Assembly (NCBI GenBank): GCA_946965045.2
Contig: OX337234.1
Coordinates: forward strand, 2,232,001 to 2,296,000
DNA from: Epithemia pelagica
Taxonomy: Eukaryota > Protista > Bacillariophyta
DNA length: 64,000 bases
Direction: 5' to 3'
The translations under genes and the position numbers were made by a program. Shown piece after piece: positions 30,526 to 41,175 of the stretch (the first letter of the stretch is position 1; each line of letters begins with the position of its first letter). The notes below the pieces were generated by a model that had not been told where the DNA came from, searched no databases, and worked only from the letters and a program-made list of their open reading frames with translations.

Positions 30526-31710
30526 ATGAAGATCCCTCGTCGAATCAAAGAGGCAGACAGCTGGTCAGGAGCGTGGTCCTGCGATGACATTACACCCAAT
30601 CTATGTTCTTCCCTATCTTCGACGGAGCACAGTGTCACCGTTCGTGGTATATCGGTCCACTATTGGATCTATGAGAATTCGTCACCAACCGACACATCTA
30701 CAACGAAACGACCAATCGTTGTCATTCACGGTGGTCCATCGTGGACCCACAACTACATGTTGCCCCTCAAACAACTGGCCTGTCGAGGACATTCAGTCAT
30801 CTTTTACGATCAAGCCGGTTGTGGAGCATCGGGCGCGAACGTGTCCGATGCACCGTGGCTGCTCGAGGCCAACTACTATGCTCTGGAAGAATTTCCGGCA
30901 CTGATTCAACACTTGGAGATGGATGGATCGTACCACGTGATTGGGAACTCGTTTGGAGCCGTCATTGCAATGATCTACGCAACTCATGTCCATGATCCGG
31001 CTCTTCAGTCTCTTGTATTGTCTGCTCCTGTTCCGGATGTACAATCTTATTTTGCGCTTTAATGGGATCCAAAGGTTGGTGTCTTTGGTTGTTATCCACC
31101 CTATGTACGAGAACGCATCCGTACGTTGATTCAAGAACAGGCCTTTGACTCGGCGGAATACCAGGCCTTGGCGAACGCATCGGCACAATTCGTGACCCGA
31201 ACCCTACCATTTCCAGACTGCCTTTTGAATTCTTTTCATGGGGCCAACGATGAGATTGAGCACGGTATGGTTGGCCCTGTTAGCGATTTTCTATCCGTTG
31301 GTGGAACCGTCCATGACTTGAACTTGACGGCACAGCTCAAGACCATCGATTTGCCCGTCTTGCTAGCGTATGGAAGATACGATACGGTTGTGACACCCAC
31401 GATTGACATGATGCTTCATGAGATACCTCACGCCACGGCTCTGTACTTGAACCAGTCGGCGCATTTCTCCATGTTAGACCAACCAGGTGACATGAATGAC
31501 GCCATTGCTGCATTTTTGCGTCAGGTTGAAGACAAGGACGATGCTGGTTCTTGGAACCACGTCCCCATCGCTTCCATGGTGCGACAAAGTGCTGTGGTTT
31601 CGGATGTTCTCCAACGATCCTCGATTGTTGCCATGGCGGTGTTTGCAGCAGCGCTCCTTGTGACCCTCACGCGAAGAATGCGCCAATCTTCCTACCGCTC
31701 ACTGGCGTAG
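30526..31710 (+). pseudogene. Proline iminopeptidase / proline-specific peptidase-like alpha/beta-hydrolase with one in-frame TAA
   Basis: VIHGGPS, FYDQAGCGAS, GNSFG (nucleophile), GRYD (acid), AHF (His), and a C-terminal TM. The two ORFs are one frame: SYFAL*WDPKVG, with the stop at 31060-31062. Confidence 0.8.
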
Positions 31711-32348
31711 ACAGAAAAATCAAGGAGAACCTATTGCACCCAACGAGATGGAAGTGAAGTTGTGCGGTTTGGTGGGGTTTGTAGACAGAACCCTGTAGAC
31801 TGGGCACAAAGACCGACTATCCTCACTCCTCGCAATCGAGAAAAAGACGAAGAACAATGTGCTGTGTCTTCTTGGGTAAACGCAAGCATCTCTCCCCAGA
31901 GATTGGGAACATGGACTATTTGCGTCTTCGATTATGAAGATCATAAACTACTTGTCATCGATACCATTTGCCGAAGCACAAAGAAGTGAACAAACACTCT
32001 AATAGAAGGACTCCTACCAAAATCGTGATGTAATCTTAGCGAAGGTGTAGCTTTCATAGCACTACTTTCAGCACATATACAAAGCTATAAACCCTAATCC
32101 ATGATGTAGCAGTGGTGTCTTCGATGTAGGCACAATCGGAAAGAGAGTACACTGACAGCCTGCCATCACACGTCACACAGTCGCTTCCACACGGACGAGG
32201 AGATGCCCTTCAAAGTCAAGAAGGGGGAGAACAACAACCAATACATCCTTCTCAAAAAGGAGCCGCTCTTCCAGCAAGAGTTTGGCGAAGCAAAACGGAA
32301 GTGGGTGAACGGGATTTCGACACTTGAGTTGTTTCATCGTACGCGGTT

Positions 32349-35300
32349 ATGAGCGCCACAGACAAGACAACGACCGATTTCGGCTTTGGAGCTGTGGCCT
32401 ATGTGAACTTCCGCGTTCGATGTGAAGGATTTGGATACGGAGAAGAGATTTTTCTGGTTGCAAAGGATGCAACATCAGGACACGAAAAGGTGCGTGACAT
32501 GCTGCTACGTCGTAAAAAGGAATCTCTGGTCCCATTAGAAATTATGTCAATGAATCGCGGGAAGAACTGGGTGCTACCATAGCTGGCTTTCTCTCTCAAT
32601 CGTATCTTTGACATCGTTCAAGCTTGATGAGAGTTGTCATCCCAAGAATACGTACTGTTTCATCTTTTGTGATGAACAAGTCGATTCAGCTTGGAAATGG
32701 AATCTCATGTAATTTTTCTGCAACGTCTTCAGAGGATCCCATTGTTCACAACGGCGTCACAGTATCCTTGGTATCACACTGCTTCACATTTGACCCTAGC
32801 TGTCCCTCCCGTTACCCCGGAAGGTCAGCAACGCCCAAGATCGACTTTTAGTTATAAATATGCCATTCATCGAGCCGGGGTGTTTTTCCGCTGGGAACAA
32901 CCGTCTGACGGACCGAAAGAGTTGTCAGAGCATGCAGCTGCTCAACACCACGAAGGGGCTGAAAAACTGCATTCGGACATGCATGAAGTCCCTTTGCATT
33001 TAATGACGAATGGAGAGACATACGCCGTAAATGATGTCCTCGGATATACAACAGGTCCTCCAGATATTGAGCACATTCGTCAGGAGCATACTCGTCCTGG
33101 ATACAACCGAACGGACACGTTGCACAAGTCGCCAGGATCTTCTCAACATATGAAGGTCACACTCAGTTCTTCACCAGTAGCTGGAAAACCCAGCACCAAG
33201 TCACCGACTGCAACTACTCCGCGAAGAAAAATGGTGGGATTCGCCCCTTCTCCTCCGAGAGATATGAGGACGACCGGCTCGCCGACACGGTCTCAGTCCA
33301 AGCAACAGGTTCATCTCAATTCCACTGACGGATTGGTGGTTGTTTCCGTTTTTCTTCCTGTCATCGTTCATCGCTCAGATGCAGGTCAGTGGACAGCTGA
33401 TTGGGATTATGAGATGTTGTTGTCAATGCAGACGCATCTCCGAGTAACTCGGGTAGGTGTTGTGAAATGGCGTGGATGGCATGGTAACACGGGAGGGGAT
33501 GGAAGCCCCGAAAACGGAGTTCCAAGAAACGAGCGACGATTAGTAGAAGAGTGCTTACGGCCGTTTAACTGTGTTCCTGTTTGGGTTGATCCGCAACTAT
33601 TTGGAGAAATGTACAATGGATTTTGTAAAGGAGTACTTTGGCCTGTTCTTCACAATGTGACTTCGGTTTATTCAAGTCGTCCCGATGATTACAAAATCTT
33701 CAACAGCTCAAGTTCAGGGCATAGTTCAAGTGATGACCCTGCTCAATTCACTGAGTATAGTATGGATGATGTTGAGCAAGGTCCTATTCACGGTGGCAAA
33801 GGTCGAGAAGCGGAGTTATGGTCCGCGTACAACAGTGTCAACCGACAGTTTTCGGACGTTGTTATCCAGTGCTTCAATGAGGGAGATTTAGTTTGGATCC
33901 ATGGATTTCATCTTCTGATTTTGCCGTCGTACCTTACCCGACGTGTTCCGATGGCCAAAGTTGGAATGTTCTTGCACACACCGTTTCCCAGCTCTGAAAT
34001 TTTCCGAACGTTGTGGTGTCGCGAAGATTTGTTGCGGGGAATGCTCAATGCGGACCAAGTCGGGTTTCACTTGTTCGAATATGCGCGCCACTTTCTGACG
34101 TGCTGTCGTCGTTTGCTTGGATTGACGTACGGGATGATTCCTGATCCGTCGGGAGGGCATACGCTCGCAATCGATACAAACGGACGCCACGTTGTTGTCA
34201 CAAGCATTCATGCAGGTATCGAGCCACCGGTTATCAACCAGATACTCACTCACGCAGGAACACTTGATAAGGCATCATCCATTCGCCATCGATTCGAAGG
34301 GAAGCATATATGGTGCGCCATTGATCGCCTGGAATCATTGAAGGGTATTCCTCTTAAGCTTCTCGCGCTGGAGCGGTTTCTGACGCGATGCAATGAATGG
34401 GTGGGAAAAATCGTTTTGATTCAAGTCGGAATCTTCGCATTTGAACGAGGTGATGATTATCGCCGCACTTATCATGAAGTTACGAAGTTGGTGGAAAGCA
34501 TCAACAAGAAATGGCCTGGAACCGTTCAGTTCCAAGCATGTCCCGAGTCTGAAATGCGGCTGCAACAACGCATGGCTATACTTCGGGCGGCAGATCTGGT
34601 TGTAGTGACCTCAATTCGCGATGGATTAAATTTGCTCCCACTAGAGTACACCATTGCACATCAAGATGCTCTGACTGAAATCGGTCGGAAAGATGGTCGT
34701 AAGAGAGGCTTGTGCATTCTTTCTGAGTTTGCCTCATGCACCCGCGTGATGAGAGGCGCTTTGCACGTGAACCCATGGAAAATATCAGAAATTGCAAATG
34801 CATTTCATCAAGCCCTGAATATGACGGAAGATGAACGCTTGAGACGCATCAGCATTGCTTCGGAGTTTGTAACTCGCGTGACCACCCAACGTTGGGCTCT
34901 TGCTGTTATGTTGGACCTGAAGGGTGTCCACAAGAACATTAATCCAGTGTCTGTCTCCGGAGCAGGTCTTGGTTTGGGTTACCGAATCCTTGGTATGGAT
35001 ACAGGATTTTCTTCCTTAGACATCAACGTTGTCGCGAAGGCCTACAGGATGGCAAAAAACCGGCTTATACTTCTTGACTATGGGGGTACAATTGTGAACA
35101 ATGACAACGTGAGTACCTTTCTGGTTCATTTATATTTGTTTCGCTGTGTCTCACCTAGATGATTTGTTGTTGTAGTTGGACAATTTGATTCGCTTCAAGA
35201 TGGTTAAAGAACGCAGTGCGCCCTCTGAACCAACAAATGACATGATAACCGCGATTAAGGGTCTTTGCGAAGATAAAAGAAACACTGTCTTCGTTGTAAG

Positions 35301-36288
35301 CGGTAAGGAACGTCATTCCTTGACACAAACATTGGGCAACATACCAGATCTTGGATTGGCTGCAGAACATGGAATGTTCATATCATGGCCCTCTTCGAAG
35401 GCCACTGCCAAGCACCGTTGGGAAACGCTTGTTTCGGAAACTGATCGAACATGGCGCTCGCTGGCCGTGACACTGATGGAAGTGTACACGTCGCGGACAC
35501 ATGGAAGTTATATCGAAGAAACAGAAATGAAAGTGCTTTGGCAATACCGAGATGCTGATACCGAATTTGGTTCTCGTCAGGCCAAGGAACTCGAAGACCA
35601 TCTGTCGAAGTACTTGCGCAGTTTCCCTGTTGACATTCTTCACGGTGGCATCAAGGAAGGCGGTTATGTGGAAGTGAGACCAAAAGGAGTAAACAAGGGA
35701 GTCTTTGCGATGCGGGTACTGAGACGAATGCAGGAGCGAGTGGACTTTTGCCTTGTCCTTGGTGATGACCATTGTGATGAACCAATGTTGTCTGTGATGC
35801 GGCAAGTCGGCCGACGAACCAAGGACACAGCACGAGCACAGCTTGGAGAAGATCCATTACCGGATATGCCGGCCACCATCCAACTTGTTGATGTGTCTTC
35901 TTGCGACAACTACGTATCGCCGGACTTGGAAGTCGTGACAGTCACTGTTGGCAAGAAGCCAAGTGCAGCGGCGAATTATCTACATGACGTTGACGAAGTT
36001 CAAGAACTCCTTGAGAGTTTGTCCAAAGTGTCAACTCGGGGTCAAAAGTACTATTCATCGATCGACTTGAGGTCCATGTCGGCAGAGCAGTTGAGTGCTG
36101 GTAGTTCTGCAAGCGATCACACCCCCGTCATTGATCCTCCCCCACTCCCTGAAGAGTCAGCGATGTCGAAGTCGGCAAGTCTTGATCAGCTCGAACATGC
36201 CAACGAGAGCAAAATTAGGTCGTTGAATGAGTATTTGGATCTCAATACGATCCAGGACGACGATGGCGAGGGAATGTTCTGGGATTAA
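32349..36288 (+). CDS. TPS: Bifunctional trehalose-6-phosphate synthase/phosphatase with N-terminal CBM20-like domain
   Basis: Predicted introns 32490-32732 and 35109-35175. CBM20-like VNFRVRCE...GEEIFLV...YPW...FSYKYAI. GT20 motifs GFCKGVLWP, FLHTPFPSSEIFR, DRLESLKGIP, RDGLNL, LSEF. HAD domain LDYGGT, SGKER, LAAEHG, EVRPKGVNKG, GDD. Confidence 0.96.
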
Positions 36289-36491
36289 ATGCTTGTCCTA
36301 ATATTATGTATACACACAATGAACGTCCTTTAGGCATTCAGCTTACATGTGTGACCTAGGTTGTAGAAATCAACGTGTTATGGTTAAATGCAGACAAGAA
36401 GAATCCGTGCATAAAAATGTATTTCATTGAGTTTATCATCGAAGTCGCCAGGTCGTGCATATTAGGGTAATATGAAGATAAAGGGGGGCGG

Positions 36492-38057
36492 TTAAACAAT
36501 GTTTTTCTCAGCGGCACTTCCCCTTGAAGCCGCTGAAAAAGAAGTGGCGCTACCAAGGCGCTGCTCCAATGCACCAACTCGAAGGTGCAGCGAAATCCCT
36601 GCTTGACCTCCGGAATCAGCGAGGAAGATACCCTCACCCATGCTACAAACCCCCGTCTTATCAGTCGTCGTACACATTGGTCTTCGAGGTGAGTTAGGGG
36701 TTACATGTGGAACAAACGGGGCATCAGTAGAAGGAGCAGGTGTGATTGGCCAGATGGCTTCATCTCCACCAGTGTATGGAGTGACAGGAATCTGACTCGC
36801 TGACTTCAAGTCCTGGATGATTGGCTTAACTGTTGACGGGGTCTCTGTCGTGATAGGAGACGGAGTGAGCCGAGAGATGTCCCCTAACACAGATGGTTTC
36901 GTCTCTTCTGGACCATCTTTCATATCTTCAAGCAGAAGAAGTTCGAATGACCGACGATTGTGAGTCCCTACCCCGTCAACGTGTACAGTAACCCACCCGT
37001 TAGACCATTTCTCAACAGTCCCCACTCTGTCGCTCAAAGGTCCCACGGATATTTTCACTCGTTTCTTGGCCCATTGGTCAGTCGAGATCATACTGAGAAG
37101 AGGAAAACGAGAGTCCATATGTTTTCGTGCTATTTTGGAAGTTGAGCCTCGGCGTTTGCTTCGTTCTGAAGACGTTTTTGGCTTCCCAGCGTCCTTCGAG
37201 GTAACAGCCTTGGAGGATTCAGAGGGAATGGGCACCTTATGCGGAAGTTCCACACCAGCTTTTGTACGACTGGACGAACTTTCCGTCACTCGCTTAGATG
37301 AAGATCCTCCTCCTCTTTTTGGAGGTGGGTTATTATCATAGTCAGCATGCAAATAACAGTACTTGCACCCACTGACAGCAATGTAAGCACATTCCCTGCC
37401 CCTAGTGGTTGTCGCTTTGCAGCGAATCTCACCAGCGCTACCAGTGAAGCGTTTGTCTTGAAAAGAGCCTTGTTTCTTCTCCCCTATAGAAGGCATGGGC
37501 ACAGGCGATGGTTGCTTCGTGGTCAATGAATCTTCGTCTCGAAGCTTCAGAGAAGTCTCCGAAAGCGCGTACTGCTGGTAATGTAGTTTGCAGAAACGAC
37601 TCCCCATATAGCATGGTTGTCGCTTACAATACGAGTTGTTTCTCGCCGTGCGCCCATGACAGCATCCATCGCGAGGAAGATCCAGTGCAGCGCCTTCAAA
37701 CGGTCTACTTGAGGCTGAAGATTCACTCTTCTCTTCAGGATCAGTGGAAAGATCCTCCGATGCATCGCCTACCGTGTCAACTTGTGCACGAGGGACTGAA
37801 GAGGCTATCAATGAGAGTGTAGCGAGCTTTCCTTCGCGAACGGAGCAGTTGTCTCCGGGAACAGACGCAATCGAGTGTGAGGAAGAATCGGTCTCACTGA
37901 TCACGCTGAATCGACGTTTCTTCAAGGGGAGTGACCCGCCTCTGCAACGAAATTGAAGAGAAAGATACTTGACATCGGCTTGAGTGGCAGAATGAATCAT
38001 CGCTATGGATGTTGCCTTGCGAGTTTCTTGATCGAGGTGTTCCTTCCAAGGTTCCAT
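36492..38057 (-). CDS. Putative nuclear protein with two C3H-type zinc-finger-like repeats and a KOW-like barrel
   Basis: CHGRTARNNSYC...FCKLH, CKATTTRGREC...YCYLH, RVKISVGPLSDRVGTVEKWSNGWVTV, and NLS-like LPLKKRR. Gene ends are uncertain. Confidence 0.65.
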   Translation of the reverse strand: MEPWKEHLDQETRKATSIAMIHSATQADVKYLSLQFRCRGGSLPLKKRRFSVISETDSSSHSIASVPGDNCSVREGKLATLSLIASSVPRAQVDTVGDASEDLSTDPEEKSESSASSRPFEGAALDLPRDGCCHGRTARNNSYCKRQPCYMGSRFCKLHYQQYALSETSLKLRDEDSLTTKQPSPVPMPSIGEKKQGSFQDKRFTGSAGEIRCKATTTRGRECAYIAVSGCKYCYLHADYDNNPPPKRGGGSSSKRVTESSSSRTKAGVELPHKVPIPSESSKAVTSKDAGKPKTSSERSKRRGSTSKIARKHMDSRFPLLSMISTDQWAKKRVKISVGPLSDRVGTVEKWSNGWVTVHVDGVGTHNRRSFELLLLEDMKDGPEETKPSVLGDISRLTPSPITTETPSTVKPIIQDLKSASQIPVTPYTGGDEAIWPITPAPSTDAPFVPHVTPNSPRRPMCTTTDKTGVCSMGEGIFLADSGGQAGISLHLRVGALEQRLGSATSFSAASRGSAAEKNIV

Positions 38058-39160
38058 GAGAAAAAAGAGAGAAGAGAGAGCTTGTCGAGCTAGAAGCAGA
38101 GTCTGAGAACGGACAGAAGAAGGACACTACAGGTGGATCCACTTCACTGAGGGTTATTTCGGATCCTTGGGAGAAGCGCAGGAGATGAGTTCGTGTTCAA
38201 CTCAAGATGTTGGTGTTCCCAAACCAGATGTGGCACAGGTTACTGGATTCGTCGTTATGTTGACTACGAAGTCCTTGGGCTCTTGGGGTGGCAACAAGGA
38301 ATGGATGTGAACTTTCAGCATAGACTGCGATGTAGAGCCGTCTTCACAGCTCCGCTCAACCTTTTCGTATCCTCAAGGAATGGTCTTTCTACACATACAC
38401 ACTGATCTGGCTGACAGGTTTGGAGCCTTGTTGGAGTAGAAAAGGAAACGAGTGAGAATGCGTAAACGAGTACAGCTCCCATCTTCGCCCACTTCGTCTC
38501 ATCCCACACCTCAGAGTATTACATAACGAGTCGAACAAAATATAACAATGAATCATATATGCATGGTCTTCTCCGTTCCTTCCGGAAGACTGGGTAGTAC
38601 AGACATTGCTGCCATCACCCCACAAACGATTGGATGAGTGTATGTAAATTTTAACGGATATGTACTAATGAATCCCGACAGCGCGGTAAGACTATACATC
38701 ATCATGCCATTGAATCTACAGTTTTCTCTATAGAAAAGACAGTGCGCTGCATCTTCCGCACTGCTGTTCCGCGCGCGGTTCGATTTCGATCGCTCTGGTT
38801 TCTGTTGCTGGGATACTGCACACTGTGCAGTGCGCAGTGTCACTCGTGTTCTCCCGTGCCATGATCGCGTTGGGTTTGTTGGGTTGCTTATTGTTCCTTT
38901 AGCTGGGCAATAGTCTCAAATGACACAAATACAAATGGCCTACAATATTGTTTCCGTCTTGTATTCTCGTTTTTCTGTGGTCACCCAATCAGACTCTCCA
39001 GCGGGGTAATTCTTGATTCAAAAGGTGATAATATGGGAAAAGGTATCAGTCTTCAGTCCTTTATCCCTCAAACTCGCTTGGGAATACAATACCCCTTCTC
39101 CTCTCAAATTAGGGTTAAGGTACTTCGGGGGACGCGGGACTGGAGACTGGAGCACACAAA

Positions 39161-39174
39161 CACACACACACACA
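39161..39174. repeat. (CA)n microsatellite
   Basis: cacacacacacaca. Confidence 0.8.
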
Positions 39175-39347
39175 AAATGTTGGAGGACAATGGACAAGAA
39201 CAATGCCTACTTCTTGCTCAGGGCTAAAAGGTTTGGAGCACCACTGCCACTTCAAAAGAGAAGGTCGTCGGGCAAACCAAGTAACGAAGGTCGAAAATCG
39301 AAATAGTGTTTCATTCGTAGAGTGTTGATTGTTTTGTTTGGCTTGCA

Positions 39348-40315
39348 TCATGACGATGTCTCTGTCAATGAAAGAACAAGCCCGGTTATGTGGGGTGGAT
39401 CTTGACGTTGAGTTGGAATTAGAGAGAAAGTGGGGCGCAGGCCTGGAAGAAACAAAAGAAGACTCCGAAGAGACGGCAATGACGACGGCGACGGCGAATA
39501 AAATTGCCTCAAGAATTCCAGCATCTGTGGTCGAGCCACGTCCTGCAGTCGTTCTCCAGGACGAATTTGAACTGGAGCAACGCTACGGGAAGGAAATTGT
39601 CAACGGATATGGTTACTTGTTACCCCACGGCTGGTTGTTCGAACAGTCGAATGAGATTCTTTTCGCTGCACCCCAACAGGATGCGGTCAAGGAATCATCA
39701 TCGTCGTCTACTACCATTGTTCACGCGTTTGTAAGAAATCAGGATGGTGAATCCATTTGTCATGACAAGCACCCGTTTGTCGCATGTGTGCACCTTCTTC
39801 GAGCCGCATGTAACAGCTCGACCGTCCATATCTCCGTCCCTTACCTGAGCGATCTACATTTCATTGACGAGCTGTGTCACTATGCAAAACCCATCGAACA
39901 TGGGGGCAAGAATTTAAAGATACGCATAGTGCTGGGACCCGAACAATGGGTAAAGGATCGACTACACAACTACGTCAACAATCGAATGTAGGAAGCTGGA
40001 CGACAAGAAAGAGAGAGTGCACTGCGTAGACTGGCCATTAGAGAATGGGGGACCAGTAGACTCTTCTCTCACTCAAACGCGATGGTATCTACGGCGGGCG
40101 GCATGATTGGTTCTTATGACTACACATACGCTGCTCGATACTACCACTACGAGGAGGGAATGTTTCTTTCATCCAACCATGCCGAGTTGGAGGCATTGAG
40201 AAACCGCATAGAAGAACTCTGGAGCGTTGGCCGTCCCGTTGTCACCCTCGCACGACGTCCGCCGCCGGGATATGTTGCACCGGGGGGAGATACCAAGCTG
40301 ACAAAGAAAGGGTAG
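39348..40315 (+). pseudogene. PLD-superfamily (HKD-type) single-domain gene with in-frame TAG and eroded catalytic motif
   Basis: ORFs 39329-39991 and 40082-40315 are one frame (NNRM*EAGRQ...). HISVPYLSD and IRIVLG precede HSNAMVSTAGGMIGSYDYT...EEG, versus the canonical HxK...GSxN...E. Confidence 0.6.
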
Positions 40316-41175
40316 CTCTTTCATCATGGTTTGCATTTTGCATTGGGTGCATGTATGTCACAAAATACTATTTTGACTCATTACAGAGTAGTAGTATGTG
40401 CGTCGCTATCTCCATGACGCCCTCACATATGCGACATTGTGTTGCACAACTTAGCCTTGTGGATTCGGAAAGGGGTCGATGCATGCCATAAACATCATGT
40501 CGAAAGAAAGAAAAAATCCAAACGCATCACAAACGAGAAACGACAAACAGCACATTGGTATTGGTGGTACCTCTACTGTAGGCTTTTGATGATGACAACG
40601 AGATGAGACTGGCTCACTGAAGAGTGATGAGGATCTGTGGTTTGATCCCTTCGGATGAAAAATATATATCTTTAATATGTTGATTTTATTTCAATGATGA
40701 TTTTGGCAACGACGAGAGACACTTCGACTCTCTCTTTCCCGACAAAGCTAGAGGAAGAGAGTTTGCACAAGACTTTGAGGGAGAGTTGAGAGCTCGTTCC
40801 TTGAACAAATAATAGTCCTTTGTGATGGTTTTCTTGTTTCGAAAGACGATTGAAAAACGAGATCTTGGCCAGCCATACATTAAATTAAAACGGAATATGT
40901 CTCTTTCCGTACCTAGGTAAAATTGTGTCAGGTAGAATACGATGTTCATAAATGTTGCTAACTAAGCAATCACTTTGATTCCTCCATGCACCATGAAAGA
41001 GGCAACGAGAACGACATCATCTATGAGTGCAAGCTGCAAACTCATCTCGAATCCATCTGGTTCCCTACTCGCGATTGATCAGGAAGAAGTCGAGCTTTTC
41101 CCCGTCTTGCTTTACCTGATTGTTTTGTCCTTCCAGGACAAGCAAACCACCCGAACTTGACGCCTAACCTTACAT

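Noticed and set aside
39109-39120. TTAGGGTTAAGG as an interstitial telomere
   Set aside because: There is only one perfect unit, which is expected by chance.
12518-39991. Stop-codon reassignment or selenocysteine explanation for the in-frame stops
   Set aside because: The stops are TAA/TAG, not TGA, and TAA/TAG terminate conserved genes normally here (e.g. H2B and H2A.X end in TAA).
40686-40949. 87-aa ORF in an AT-rich tract
   Set aside because: No recognisable domain, repeat boundary or splice support.
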